The notes: generated by a model from the sequence alone, not told the origin. A stretch of 64,000 nucleotides of DNA from Acidobacteriota bacterium (GCA_963666215.2 CAXWPL010000002.1:608001-672000), one strand, 5' to 3'; shown: positions 47,217 to 57,433, counted from the first letter of the stretch. Made by a program: numbers and translations.

Positions 47217-48563
47217 CTACTGAGGTTGCGATTCGATCGCCTCCAGCATGTCGGCGTTGGAGTCGAACTTGAACTCATCGAGAACACGCTCTTCGGCCAA
47301 CCCCTGCTCGACCTCGAGCAACGGAGCCATGTCGTCGTAGCTTACGACGCGCTTGCCGAGCGCCGCGAGATGCTGCTGCATCGCCGCGGTATCGAGCGAT
47401 TCGGCGTCACCGGCCTGCTCGAGGTAAGCCTGAACTGCCTTGGCGCCGTTGGTGCCGTCTTTGCGTGCCGCGCCGACCAGCCCCTCGCTCGCCTTACGTG
47501 CCCAGCCGGCGAGGAAGATGCGCGAGAGGTCTCGGTTGCCTTCCGGATCGAAAGCCTCGTAGGAGTTGCCGTCGACCGGAAAGCTCGGCTCCGGATTCTT
47601 GGAGAATTCGTTCCACTCCATCGGTAATCCGAAAGAGGTGTCCACCGTGTCGCCGATGCAAAAAACCACCGTGTCCGCTTCCACAACCCTGAGCTTGCCG
47701 GTGCCCGTCGCCTTCAGGTAGTCCCCGGACAACTCGAGCGTGGTTTCCTCGACTTCGAGCCCGGTGACGTTGCCTTCGTCGTCGCCAACGATGCGCTTGG
47801 GCGAGGCGAAGAAATCGAACGCGAACACCGTGCTGCCATTGGGCTCTTGCCCTTTTCCATATCCAGAAAGGATGAACTCCTTGGCAGCGTCGACGTCCTG
47901 CCCAACCGCTTCCATCGTCGGCAGGCAGCGAGCGAATTCGGTCTCGAAGTCGTCCATGTCCATGTTCTTGCCGAAGATTTGGAACTCCTTCTTGGTGAAC
48001 TTCACCTCCGCAGGGCCGCGACGCGCCACGGCTGTCATGCGGCCCACGTGCAGATCACGCACGCCCCAGTGGGCAATGTCACACATCACGTTGCCAACGC
48101 CAATAAGAGCCACACGGTCGCCCATCGGATACGGCTGCTCGGAGAAGGGCGGCAGGTGGTTGTAGTGATAGACCAGATCTTTGGCGTGGTAGACGCCGGT
48201 GAGCTCCTCACCCGGCAAACCGAGCCACTTGGTTCCCTGCGCGCCCACGGTAACCAGCACCGCCTGAAAACCCATGTCAAGCAGCTGCTGCAGCGTCAGA
48301 TCGCCCTCGTCGCCCACCGAGACGTTGCCGTAGTACTCGATCCGAGAGTCGTCCAGGATCTTCTTGAACTGTTTCCGCAGGCCGCCCTTCATCTTGAGCT
48401 TGTCGGGATAGATGCCGTACTCGGCCAGCCCGCCAGGCTTGATGTCGCGGTTGAACAGCGCCACCTTGGCGCCGCCGTTGGCCAACTCCCTGGCCGCGAA
48501 CAGACCGGCGGGCCCGGCACCGACGACGGCTACGAGGTGTTTGCTTTCAGCTTCCGACGGCAC
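47217..48563 (-). CDS. Ferredoxin--NADP reductase (adrenodoxin reductase/FprA-like)
   Basis: VVGAGPAG, GLAEYGIYPD, IGVGNV, RRGP, AGW. Confidence 0.85.
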   Translation of the reverse strand: MPSEAESKHLVAVVGAGPAGLFAARELANGGAKVALFNRDIKPGGLAEYGIYPDKLKMKGGLRKQFKKILDDSRIEYYGNVSVGDEGDLTLQQLLDMGFQAVLVTVGAQGTKWLGLPGEELTGVYHAKDLVYHYNHLPPFSEQPYPMGDRVALIGVGNVMCDIAHWGVRDLHVGRMTAVARRGPAEVKFTKKEFQIFGKNMDMDDFETEFARCLPTMEAVGQDVDAAKEFILSGYGKGQEPNGSTVFAFDFFASPKRIVGDDEGNVTGLEVEETTLELSGDYLKATGTGKLRVVEADTVVFCIGDTVDTSFGLPMEWNEFSKNPEPSFPVDGNSYEAFDPEGNRDLSRIFLAGWARKASEGLVGAARKDGTNGAKAVQAYLEQAGDAESLDTAAMQQHLAALGKRVVSYDDMAPLLEVEQGLAEERVLDEFKFDSNADMLEAIESQPQ

Positions 48564-48775
48564 AGTTGTTCTCCGATGGGTTGAGGATTCGGGGCTGGCC
48601 GAGTCGGGCCTTGCGACCTTCGTCAGCGCCTCATGAAAGCTGCGGCGGCGGTTTCGTCGCGACCCGCGAGGAGCGGAGCCGCTTGGCTGCCTGCGCTGAG
48701 AGAGCCGCTCAATTATAGGGGCGGCGCAAGAACGGCGAAACTCGACTTTTGACGTCCCGGCTCTCGAGATCAGGC

Positions 48776-50535
48776 TCAGCTCGACCCGTCGCTGCCGTCA
48801 TCGGAGCGCGGCGGCGGCGGTGCAGTGGTCGCCACGGAGCCGCGGCCGCGGCCGGCATCGTCGATGCTGATGCCGAAGCGCTCCAGGAGTGTCCCGGTCG
48901 ACTGTTCGAACTGCGCGATCGCGTTGTTGAGCGAGATTAGCGAGCCGAGCTCCCGTAGCTGAGCGAACACCAGCTGCGTCTGGAAGTTCAAGACCTGGAA
49001 CGTGGTGCTGATGCCGTTCTGGAAGCGACGAACTTCGGCCTCGTACTGCTGGTCGGCAAGTCGCAGCGCGTTCCGCGCCGCGACCACCGCCTGAGCTCCA
49101 CCAGCCACGTTGCGGGCGGCCTGCTGCACCGCCAGCCGCACCTGCAGTTGGCGGCAATCTGCGTGAGCGTTTGCCGTTCGCGAATCGAAGACTGTGCATG
49201 CTGGCCTTTGGCGAAGTTGTTGTTGATCGGAATGTTGAGCTGAAGCCCGACTGACCAGTTGCGGAAGTCGCCCGACAGAAGCTGGATCAACGAATCGCTC
49301 AGGCCACCCTGCTGAATCTCTGCCACATCACCGCCGAAGGCGCCGGAACGGAAGATCTGATCGCCACCGAGTCCGTTGATCTGCATCGACCCCGCCAGAT
49401 TCAGTTGCGGCAGCAGCTGGTTCCGCGCCGCTTTCAAGTCGATCTTGCGGCTCTCGGAGTTGAGCCGCGCCTGCTGGACGATCGGGTTCTTGACCAGCGC
49501 TTCGCTGACTGCCGCGTCGACGTTGATCGCCGGCGCGTCTGTTACCGGCTCATCGGTGGGGGTGAGCTCGACAGCCCAGCCTTCTGGCACGAACGCGTCG
49601 AGATTCAGAAGCGACTTCAAGAAGTCCTGCTGGTTGGCGAGGGCGATCTCGGCCTGGATAACGCTGAGCTCGGCCGATGCCACCGATTGGTCGGCTTGGA
49701 TAACGACGGTCTGGGCGAGAACACCGATGCGGACCATGGTGTTGTTGCGGCGCAGCTGCTCCCTCGCCAGCTCCAGGTTGCGTAGTTGGATCTCGACGCT
49801 GCGCCGCTGGAAAACGAGATTCCAGTAGGCCTGCACGACCTGCGAAGTCGTCTGTTCGAGCTGCTGGCGGAACTGCTCGCGGCCTACCGAGAAGTTGTTC
49901 TGCGCCACCAGGATGGCGCGCTTGTTGACGCCACGGCCGAGGTTGCGCAACAGCGGCTGCGTGATCTGCAGCCTCAAGCTGCTGTTGTACTGCGGGTTGA
50001 AGGTGGAGAACTGGTTGTTGGTGATCTGCCGCGAGGCGCTGCCACTGAAGTTCCACTGCGTGCCAAGAGTGGTCTGCTCGCTCAGGACGAAGCCGCCCTG
50101 CACGAACTCGCTTGTGAGCACATCCGCGCCACCGAGCTGCGAGGCCGACGACTGCGTCTGGCGGTTGAACGTCTGCGGCGCGTTGAGTTGCAGCTGCGGG
50201 TCGAACAGGCCACGCGCGCTCCGGATGCTCTCCTCGGCCAGCGAGGGGTTGAGGGCGCTGATCTTCACCTGCAGGTTGTGCTGTAGCGCCAGTTCGACCG
50301 CCTCCTGGAGAGACAGCTCGAGCGTGCGGAGCGCGGGCTCCTGAGCCTCCTGCGCCTCGACGACGTCGAGGAACAGAAACGGAAGCGCGCTGGCTACCAG
50401 GAAGCAGAGGAGACGCGGAAGGCTCGATCCGGCCACCGATCGAACAGACTGCGGCCTCAGGCCGACCGTTGGCGAAGCAACGGCCTGGTGAGAAGACGCA
50501 CCTTCGAAGGCGCACTTCTTTGTCTGCCTAATCAT
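48776..50535 (-). CDS. TolC family outer membrane protein (frameshift near 49143; start uncertain)
   Basis: LSLQEAVELALQHN, QPLLR, VVQAYWNL, NQLLPQL. The C-terminal RRFQNGIST is in the next frame. Confidence 0.85.
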
Positions 50536-50837
50536 CGTCCTCGTCGAGTCTTGGCTCGGAAGCCGAGTAGCGCGCGTACTGAGTCCACGCTATTGAAGAG
50601 CAAGGCGTATGCCAGACCTGTTTGCCAGAGAAGTCGATTCGGTATGTACGAGAGTGGGCTGCTCGGTCAGAGTGTCCGATTTTGGGACGGGCCGTTCTAT
50701 GTCGCACACCCGTTGCAGGCCCGTCGCCCACACGCCGCACACCCGTCGAGCACCAGCCGTACACCCGCCGCGAAGTCGGCGATCACCGCGCGGTAGCCAG
50801 GCCGGCCTGTCTCTCTTCCGACGGTTCCGAGTGTGTG

Positions 50838-51800
50838 TCATTCGGCCTCGGGGCACCGTACCAGATTGGCGTCCACTCCCACCCAGAGACCGTCGGCTTC
50901 GCTCGCCAGGCCACGTGCCATGCGTGGTGTGTTGAACGCCGCGGTGGTGTTGCCTTGATGATCAACCAGAACGAACCCGGCATGACCGCCAACGCGCTCC
51001 AGAGTTCGGAGTGCGCCATTGGCGGCGCTCGATGGGTCTTCACCCGCCGCCAGTCGATCGACGACGCCCTTGGCCAGTACGACTCGCAGAATGCCCTCCC
51101 CCCAGCCGGTGCACGAGACGGCGCCAGCGTGATTGTCGGCATAGGTGCCGGCGCCGATCAGCGATGTGTCGCCAACGCGGCCCGGGTACTTGTCCTGCGT
51201 GCCGCCGGTGGAAGTCGCGGCCGCGACATTGCCGTCCCTGTCGACCGCGACGGCACCCACTGTTCCCATGTGGGAGTCGTCGGTTCTGCCCTCGCCCCCG
51301 GGACTGAACTCGCGTGCAATGAGCTCCCGAGCGCCTTCGGTATCCGCACGGATGGCGAGATACCGCTCCCGCTCGCGTCCGCTGAGCAGGTCTCGCGCGC
51401 GACAGCGCTCGAACCCTTGCTCGCGCGCAAAAGTCTGCGCTCCTCCCCCCACCAGCAGGACGTGCTCGGAGGCCTCCATCACACGTCGCGCCAAGCTAAC
51501 GGGGTGCGAGATACGCTCCAGGGCTGCTACGGCCCCGGCTTCTAGCGACGCACCACTCATGATCGACGCATCCATCTCCACGCGACCGGCGCGGTTGAGG
51601 TGCGAGCCCACACCAGCGTTGAAGATCGGATCTTCCTCGAGGATTCGCACCGCGTGCTCCACCGCGTCGACCGCCGACGCTCCGTCGCGCAAAAGCGTCC
51701 AGCCGGCCACCAGGGCCGTGGCGACTCCTGCTCGGTGCGGCTCCACCTCGCCGTCCGGGACATTCCAGGCCCCCCCGTGCACAGCAAGTGCTATTGCCAA
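50838..51800 (-). CDS. Isoaspartyl peptidase / L-asparaginase
   Basis: VHGGA, FNAG, MDASIM, GTVGAVA, TSTGG, GRVGD, CTGWGE. Confidence 0.93.
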   Translation of the reverse strand: MAIALAVHGGAWNVPDGEVEPHRAGVATALVAGWTLLRDGASAVDAVEHAVRILEEDPIFNAGVGSHLNRAGRVEMDASIMSGASLEAGAVAALERISHPVSLARRVMEASEHVLLVGGGAQTFAREQGFERCRARDLLSGRERERYLAIRADTEGARELIAREFSPGGEGRTDDSHMGTVGAVAVDRDGNVAAATSTGGTQDKYPGRVGDTSLIGAGTYADNHAGAVSCTGWGEGILRVVLAKGVVDRLAAGEDPSSAANGALRTLERVGGHAGFVLVDHQGNTTAAFNTPRMARGLASEADGLWVGVDANLVRCPEAE

Positions 51801-52009
51801 GCGCCCTCCTAGCCTTCCTGAACAACCTCAGCAAGCTCGTGCGAGCCAACTCGGTCGGCGACGGTACAGAATGCGCGAGCGCGATGTTTCTTGCTCGACG
51901 CCGCCGTCGAGAGGAGACTGTCGCAGCCCACCGCCCACGACCGCAAGCCGCGCCGGTGTCACATCGAGGCCCGCCGCAATCCCTAGCTGTCCCGACAACG
52001 GAGACCCAC

Positions 52010-52528
52010 ATGAACATGACCGAGACGCAGTTCGCCGCGCGCCTGTTGCGCCTCGAGCGCTCGAACCGCCAACTTCGCGTCGTGTTGGCGGCTCTCATAC
52101 TCGGCGGCGTCACTCTCGGCCTGGGCGGACAAGACTCCACCGGCAGCTCCGGGCGTACCGTCGACGCGCAGGCCTTCATTCTGCGCGACGCCCAGGGCGC
52201 CGCACGAGCTCAGCTCGCTCTCAGTGAGGGCTCGCCTTCGCTGTCGCTCTACGACCAACGCGGTCGCCTGCGCCTGGCGCTCGCCATCGAATCGGGCGGC
52301 AGCGGCGAAAACGGCGAAAACGGCGGCCCCTTGATGAACTTCTACGGCCCCGATGGCGCCCCGCGGGTTGTTATCGGAGAGCGGGGCACGGCCTCGTTCG
52401 TAATTCTGCGCGACGCCGAAGGTGCCCCGCGAGCCGCGATGGCCGTGCAGGACAACGGCGAGCCCAGCCTCTACCTGCTCGACGAAAACATGAACCCGAT
52501 CTTTCGCGAGCCGCGCACGCAGCCCTAG
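52010..52528 (+). CDS. Membrane-anchored beta-repeat hypothetical protein, related to 55223..55900
   Basis: RLLRLERSNRQLR, a TM helix, VDAQAFILRDAQG..RA and DxxGxxR repeats. Confidence 0.65.
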   Translation: MNMTETQFAARLLRLERSNRQLRVVLAALILGGVTLGLGGQDSTGSSGRTVDAQAFILRDAQGAARAQLALSEGSPSLSLYDQRGRLRLALAIESGGSGENGENGGPLMNFYGPDGAPRVVIGERGTASFVILRDAEGAPRAAMAVQDNGEPSLYLLDENMNPIFREPRTQP

Positions 52529-52599
52529 GGAACCCGCCTGGCGCCACTCTTTCGGCGTGCGTGCCACCAGAGCCAGCCCTACAATCACCTACCGGGGTT

Positions 52600-52638
52600 G
52601 CCCAGGTGGCGGAACCGGCAGACGCGGCGGACTTAAAA
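52600..52638 (+). tRNA. 5' half of tRNA-Leu(UAA), ending after the anticodon loop; candidate att site
   Basis: GCCCAGG-TGGCGGAACCGGCAGACGC-GGCGGA-CTTAAAA followed by non-tRNA sequence (TCCGC expected). TACAAT at 52580..52585. Confidence 0.8.
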
Positions 52639-52774
52639 GACTCTGCCCGCCCTTTTCGGGCCTCGCGAGCAACCCCTCTGAACGCCTGTATTTGCGCGCA
52701 GAACCCCTGTCGCGTGGCCTTCTAGGCGTTTCTCTCCGCGCCTCTGTTGGAGAGCCTCAAGTAGCCCAAATGGA

Positions 52775-52803
52775 TGGGTATCTCCTACCCATTTCCCTAC
52801 CCA
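52775..52803. repeat. CCTACCCA direct repeats (12-bp period) plus inverted TGGGTA; candidate integrase arm sites
   Basis: tgggta at 52775; cctaccca at 52784 and 52796. Confidence 0.45.
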
Positions 52804-53026
52804 AGGAGTGGTGCGCGAGGACAGCCAGGCGCGTGGTTCCAGACAAGCGTGTGCGGCGGGTGGCGATAAGACCGCCGCGCGGTTTCGCTCGGCGACGCCG
52901 GTTAGCCACGGATCGTTTAGGACCTGCGGCCGAGATTCTCTTCAGCTACTACGGAATAAGGGCATATCGAAACCAATGATTCTTGATGACAGCCGGCAGC
53001 AACTCGGAGGTGCATCGGCCTAGCAA

Positions 53027-53983
53027 CTAGCTCGCGTCATCTGGTTCGATTCCGAAAGTCGGCCACGTAGGCCAACTCCAAGACTCGCTGGCGGTGACCC
53101 TCGCGCGCCTCTCGTTGTTCCCGCTCTGCTTCGCCAGCCGTTCGTACGACGCTGTGTCTCCGGCCAGCGGCAGGAAGACCAGGTGACGACCGATCTGGAC
53201 CGCCCAGGATCGATGCCACTCGGGCTCATCGACCCTCATGATCCGCCGCTCCGTCAACGGGTACCCCTGAAGGTCAGCGAGGAATGCCGGGATATGCTCA
53301 ACGTCAGGTTCCTCTATCTGCTTTCGGACGATCCCTAACGCCGGATCGAAGATGTAGCCGTAACCTGTGACCGCGAACAGCGCGAGATAACCGGCCCGGA
53401 GCCAGGCGACCCGGGCCGGCTGAGGCTTGTGGGCGTCGCCGACGATGCGGATCCCGAGTCGCTGCTCCTGGAAGCCTCCGCTTCCCAGGAAGTCCCGTAG
53501 GCCGTCAACCGCCCGAGGGTCGTTCGCGTGCTTCGCCGCAGGCGGGAGCCGCAGGTGGATCGTTATCTCGTCGAGCGAAAGAGTGGCAGAGACAGTGTGG
53601 TCGCCGACCTCGATGTGTACGCGGGTAGGCCCCGATTCGGGATCGCGGCCCAAGTTAGCCATATTCTCCCGCTTGAGGGCATGAGCTTCGGTCCGGCTGC
53701 CAGAAGTGTGGTTGCACGGCGCGCAGGTCAAAATAAGCGCTTTGCCGCCGAGGGACTTCGCCGGGACATGCTCAACGGTCAGATCATTGGTCTCGACGGC
53801 CTCGCGGAAGAAGACCTTCGTGCCTGTGTCCTCCTCGCCAAGGCACTGCGGGCAGATGTAGACCGGGGCGTGAACCATCTCCGCGAGTTCCGGGCACACC
53901 AGCGCGAGAGCTTTGGCGCCCCGGTCAAACCAGCGGTGCTTGGTTTCGAGTTTCACGGTCATCGCTCTCGCCATCCCGAACAC
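53027..53983 (-). CDS. HNH endonuclease-like protein
   Basis: CPQC...TVEHVPAKSLGG...TCAPCNHTSG. Confidence 0.75.
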   Translation of the reverse strand: MFGMARAMTVKLETKHRWFDRGAKALALVCPELAEMVHAPVYICPQCLGEEDTGTKVFFREAVETNDLTVEHVPAKSLGGKALILTCAPCNHTSGSRTEAHALKRENMANLGRDPESGPTRVHIEVGDHTVSATLSLDEITIHLRLPPAAKHANDPRAVDGLRDFLGSGGFQEQRLGIRIVGDAHKPQPARVAWLRAGYLALFAVTGYGYIFDPALGIVRKQIEEPDVEHIPAFLADLQGYPLTERRIMRVDEPEWHRSWAVQIGRHLVFLPLAGDTASYERLAKQSGNNERRARVTASESWSWPTWPTFGIEPDDAS

Positions 53984-54047
53984 TTGAGTTTCGCATCAGG
54001 ATCGGACGGAGCAAACAGAATCATGGGCTAACGACGACGCCCTGAGG

Positions 54048-54710
54048 TCAGTGTCGCACGACGCGAAGATCGTCCCCACCCGCGAACCGAATTCGGATCT
54101 CAAACTCCTCGCCAGTCACGCTTCGCCCGTACAGGTCAAACTGGACAGGCATCTCTACTTCGTCCCCGACTTGGACTCTCAGTAGTTGAGGGATTTGCTC
54201 CGGGGGGGGGGGGGGGGGGTCAGCTCGTGCGGTAGGCGGGACGGTGACTACCACGCCCATCGGAGTACCTCCGACCCTGAGGTTCCGCGCGGTACCGCCG
54301 TGGTTGTGCAGATACGCCTTGATATGTCGCGTGCCAGCAGATCGATGGGCAAACTCAAGCAACGGTCGAGCCTCTAGCTCGGCCTGTTCTACTTGATTTT
54401 GGGTCGCGGTGGCGAGGCGCCGGGTCGCCGCTGCTAGGTCGGCGGTTTCCACCGCCGTGCGTTCAAGCTCGCGTTGCTGGGACTTGAGCGCGGTCGTGTT
54501 CAACCGCAATTCTTCGCCCTGCTGCATGTAGCCGAGGATGAGCCACAGGAACGCAAGTGGGGCGACGATGCCGGACAAGAAATCGCCCCACTCGTTGAAC
54601 TGGAGCGGTTTATTAGGCGGAGCAACGCAGTAGGCTACAGCCCAAACTGCGAGCCACATCACGGACAGGAATCCGCCTGAGATGGCTCGTTTGCGCTCCA
54701 TCGCGTCCAT
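54048..54710 (-). CDS. Membrane protein (NEWGDF..G TM hairpin plus coiled coil) containing a G18 tract
   Basis: Two TM helices, NEWGDFLSGIVAPLAFLWLILGY, QQGEEL. Confidence 0.65.
   Translation of the reverse strand: MDAMERKRAISGGFLSVMWLAVWAVAYCVAPPNKPLQFNEWGDFLSGIVAPLAFLWLILGYMQQGEELRLNTTALKSQQRELERTAVETADLAAATRRLATATQNQVEQAELEARPLLEFAHRSAGTRHIKAYLHNHGGTARNLRVGGTPMGVVVTVPPTARADPPPPPPEQIPQLLRVQVGDEVEMPVQFDLYGRSVTGEEFEIRIRFAGGDDLRVVRH
54202..54219. repeat. G18 homopolymer
   Basis: 18 consecutive G, read in frame as DPPPPPP on the minus strand. Confidence 0.9.
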
Positions 54711-54926
54711 CCGTGTGGCTGGCGACCAAGCCAACCGCGAACCGGTCCGCACTCGTCATCTCGCCCGTAGCTCCCGGTTTGGCGAGGTCGACGTCAAGCC
54801 TACCGAACTTCGGCCTCGCGCCCAACTCCAGGTCGGCTACGGTGGCCAGGCCATGAGCCCAACGTCGTGTCTCCTGCCGCACTGTCTGCTGCGGGCGCGC
54901 CCTGGGGCTGGACGATCTGACGAAGA

Positions 54927-55090
54927 TTATCGAGAGCCGCTATGAAGCCTCGCGGCCGCATCGCGAAGCCGGTCCACGACATCGTCGATTTCGACACCGA
55001 GTTGCTCCGCCTCCAGCGCAAGGCAATCGACAGACTCTCGGATACGCGCTCGCTTTCTCCTTCGCCGATACGCGGCGCGCGCCCAGAGGC
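54927..55090 (-). pseudogene. GntR C-terminal remnant (copy A)
   Basis: RKRARIRESVDCLALEAEQLGVEIDDVVDRLR resembles REKRERLRRAVQRLAREAGQLGVEPTTVLEELR of the intact copy. Confidence 0.65.
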
Positions 55091-55222
55091 GACGCACCCA
55101 GGGCGAGTAGCTGCAGCGGTGGCCACTCGGGCCAGCACCTCCACTGGCGAGAGACACTGCCAGAGGGCACTCTTCCGCATGTTGGTGGACCCACCAAACC
55201 GAACATCAGGAAGAGGTAAGCG

Positions 55223-55900
55223 ATGGACTTGGAGGAGCGAGTCGAGCGCCTGGAGCTGGAGAACCGAAGGCTAAAGCTGGTGGGCCGTGCCACGGTCGCG
55301 GTGCTGATGGGTGTCGTACTGGTGGCGGCGGTGTTGCCACAGGAGATTCCCGACATAGTCGAAGCGCGGGAGTTCCGTGTGATTGACGAGAACGGCATGA
55401 CCCGCGCCCGCATGAGCTCCGACGGCATCAGGTACGCGGACGAGAACGGTGTGCTCCGCGCCTTCATGAACTCCAAAGGGATTACGTACCAGGACGAGAA
55501 CCGCAAGCCCCGCGCCTTCATGAGGACCGACGGCATCGGGTACCAGGACGAGAACGGCACGGCCCGCGCCGCCATGACCTCCGACGCCATCAGGTACGCA
55601 GACGAGAACGGCCAGACCCGCGCCTCCATCGGCGTCGCCGGCTTCGGGTACTTGGACGAGAACGGTGTGCTCCGCGCCGGCGTGATCGCCGCCGGCTTCC
55701 GTTACTTGGACGAGAACGGCCATCTCCGCGCCTTGATGGACTCCGACGGCTTCCAGTACGTGGACGAGAATGGCCATGCTCGCGCCACGCTCGGAACCTC
55801 TGACCTGGTGACGCCGTCGACGAACGCCACAACCCATTACCCCGCTGCGGTCGTGTTGTACGACGCCGAGGGCAAGGCGATCTGGCAAGCACCCCGGTAG
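55223..55900 (+). CDS. Membrane-anchored protein with 8 x 18-aa DENG repeats
   Basis: LEERVERLELENRRLK, a TM helix, then gacgagaac recurring every 54 bp from 55385. Confidence 0.8.
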   Translation: MDLEERVERLELENRRLKLVGRATVAVLMGVVLVAAVLPQEIPDIVEAREFRVIDENGMTRARMSSDGIRYADENGVLRAFMNSKGITYQDENRKPRAFMRTDGIGYQDENGTARAAMTSDAIRYADENGQTRASIGVAGFGYLDENGVLRAGVIAAGFRYLDENGHLRALMDSDGFQYVDENGHARATLGTSDLVTPSTNATTHYPAAVVLYDAEGKAIWQAPR

Positions 55901-55938
55901 TGGTGACCGCACCCGCTCACTTCGCCAGCAGGCTGTCG

Positions 55939-56328
55939 TCACGCCGTTCGATGGCGAAGCGCGCGCCGCAATTCCTCGAGGACGGTGGTCGGCTCGACGC
56001 CAAGCTGGCCCGCTTCGCGGGCCAGGCGTTGGACGGCCCGCCGTAACCGCTCCCGCTTCTCCCGCGCGGCTAGCCTTCGCGGCCCCTCAGCGACGGAACT
56101 CCCGCCACCGCTCCGGGTGACGATCACGCCATCCTCTCGCGACAGGCCGTAGGCTTTCGCCGCAGTGTTTCGGTTGATTCCGAGATCCACCGCGAGCTGA
56201 CGCACCGTCGGCAGGCGGTCGCCGGGACTGAGCACGCCGCTGGCGGCCATCAGTCGGATCTGGTCTACGAGTTGATCGGAGAGCGGAGTGCCGTCGTCTC
56301 GATCGACGCGGAGCAGGTGGTCCGTCAA
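55939..56328 (-). CDS. GntR family (YtrA-like) regulator, intact copy B
   Basis: PLSDQL...GDRLPTVRQLAVDLGINRNTAAKAY plus a short helical C-terminus. Confidence 0.9.
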   Translation of the reverse strand: MTDHLLRVDRDDGTPLSDQLVDQIRLMAASGVLSPGDRLPTVRQLAVDLGINRNTAAKAYGLSREDGVIVTRSGGGSSVAEGPRRLAAREKRERLRRAVQRLAREAGQLGVEPTTVLEELRRALRHRTA

Positions 56329-56420
56329 TTGCCCACCTTCATCCCACCCCCCATCAGGTTTCCTTGAAGACGGACGAGCACCTGAGTCGGTCCGAGCGTG
56401 GCGATGAGGACGGGCTTGCG

Positions 56421-56729
56421 TCAGGCTCTCTTGTCGGTCTCGAAAACCTGTTGCCGCCCTTGGGCGAGTTCTCGGGAAACATCGTCCTCAAGGACATGCT
56501 CGATCGTTAGCCCCACCCGTTGTAGCGCCACCTCGAGTCCTTGTGGGCATGGCGTTCCAGGGTGTTTGTCGAGTGCATGGAGTTCGGGCGCGTCCCAGGC
56601 GTAGTGCCGGCCTTCGTGGTCGAAGGTGCTCCAACTGGGGGCCAGCTTCGAGAGAGTGTTGTCGAGTTCAGAAACGACTCGATTCCGCTCGGCCTCGATT
56701 AGCACCCTGGGTCGTGAGCGCCTCCGCAA
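56421..56729 (-). CDS. Hypothetical protein or fragment
   Basis: Protein-like ORF with no recognised motif. Confidence 0.3.
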   Translation of the reverse strand: MRRRSRPRVLIEAERNRVVSELDNTLSKLAPSWSTFDHEGRHYAWDAPELHALDKHPGTPCPQGLEVALQRVGLTIEHVLEDDVSRELAQGRQQVFETDKRA

Positions 56730-56810
56730 CCCACCACCGGGATCTGAGGGAAGAAATGGATCAAGCTGTCGTCACGACCAGCCCGCCCCACCGGCTCTCG
56801 CAGATGTTCC

Positions 56811-57326
56811 CTACGATCGGATGAGCGCAACGGTGCCACATTTCATCTTGCCCTTGTCGGTCTTCAAGGTGACGGTGGCCGTGTCATACACCTTCACCCA
56901 GCCCCAGTCGCCGATGGCCAGCGGAAAGCTCCCACTGGCGAAGTACCCGCCGTGGCCTCCGGTCTTGAAGTCGATTGTCGTGACTTGCTTGCGCGTGACG
57001 AGACCATCTGTGCCCTCGACCTTCACGATAGCCTTGGCTTTGGTGATCTTCTCGTCGTCGAAATCGAAGCTGAGAAACTGGTTTGGGATGGTGCCGCTCC
57101 AGACGTCCGAAGTCTGAAGTTGACCGGGGTTGGGTGTCACCCAGCAGGTCTTCGCAGCGGCAGCAGCCCCCGAAGCCGGGATGCCTGCAAAGGCCATCAG
57201 GAGCGCCAGCAGGCCCGATGCCAGGACGCGGGTGCCTCGCGTGGCCCGGAGAAGGACCACGGCACCGATGCCCACCGACAGGATCTTATTCGTTGTCATT
57301 GTGCGTGCTACGTCCGTGCCGTTCAT
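56811..57326 (-). CDS. Secreted hypothetical protein
   Basis: GGAGG before ATG 57326, hydrophobic signal LLALLMAFAGIPASGAAA, and a beta-rich mature part with two Cys. Confidence 0.65.
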   Translation of the reverse strand: MNGTDVARTMTTNKILSVGIGAVVLLRATRGTRVLASGLLALLMAFAGIPASGAAAAAKTCWVTPNPGQLQTSDVWSGTIPNQFLSFDFDDEKITKAKAIVKVEGTDGLVTRKQVTTIDFKTGGHGGYFASGSFPLAIGDWGWVKVYDTATVTLKTDKGKMKCGTVALIRS

Positions 57327-57433
57327 TGCACGCCTCCACATCTGGTTGCGACGCTGGATGCGCCTTGGTGTCGGGCGCCAGGCAGTAGCGCTCGCCCGTA
57401 TCACGAGGGAGCATCACTCGGGCCGGTCAGATG

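Noticed and set aside
52635-53060. Group I intron in tRNA-Leu(UAA)
   Set aside because: No recognisable intron core and no 3' exon. The ggttcgattcc at 53043 lies within the HNH gene and lacks matching tRNA stems.
55385-55790. Regular 54-bp repeats resembling a CRISPR array
   Set aside because: They are in-frame coding repeats with only about 9 bp constant, the intervening sequences resemble each other, and there are no cas genes.
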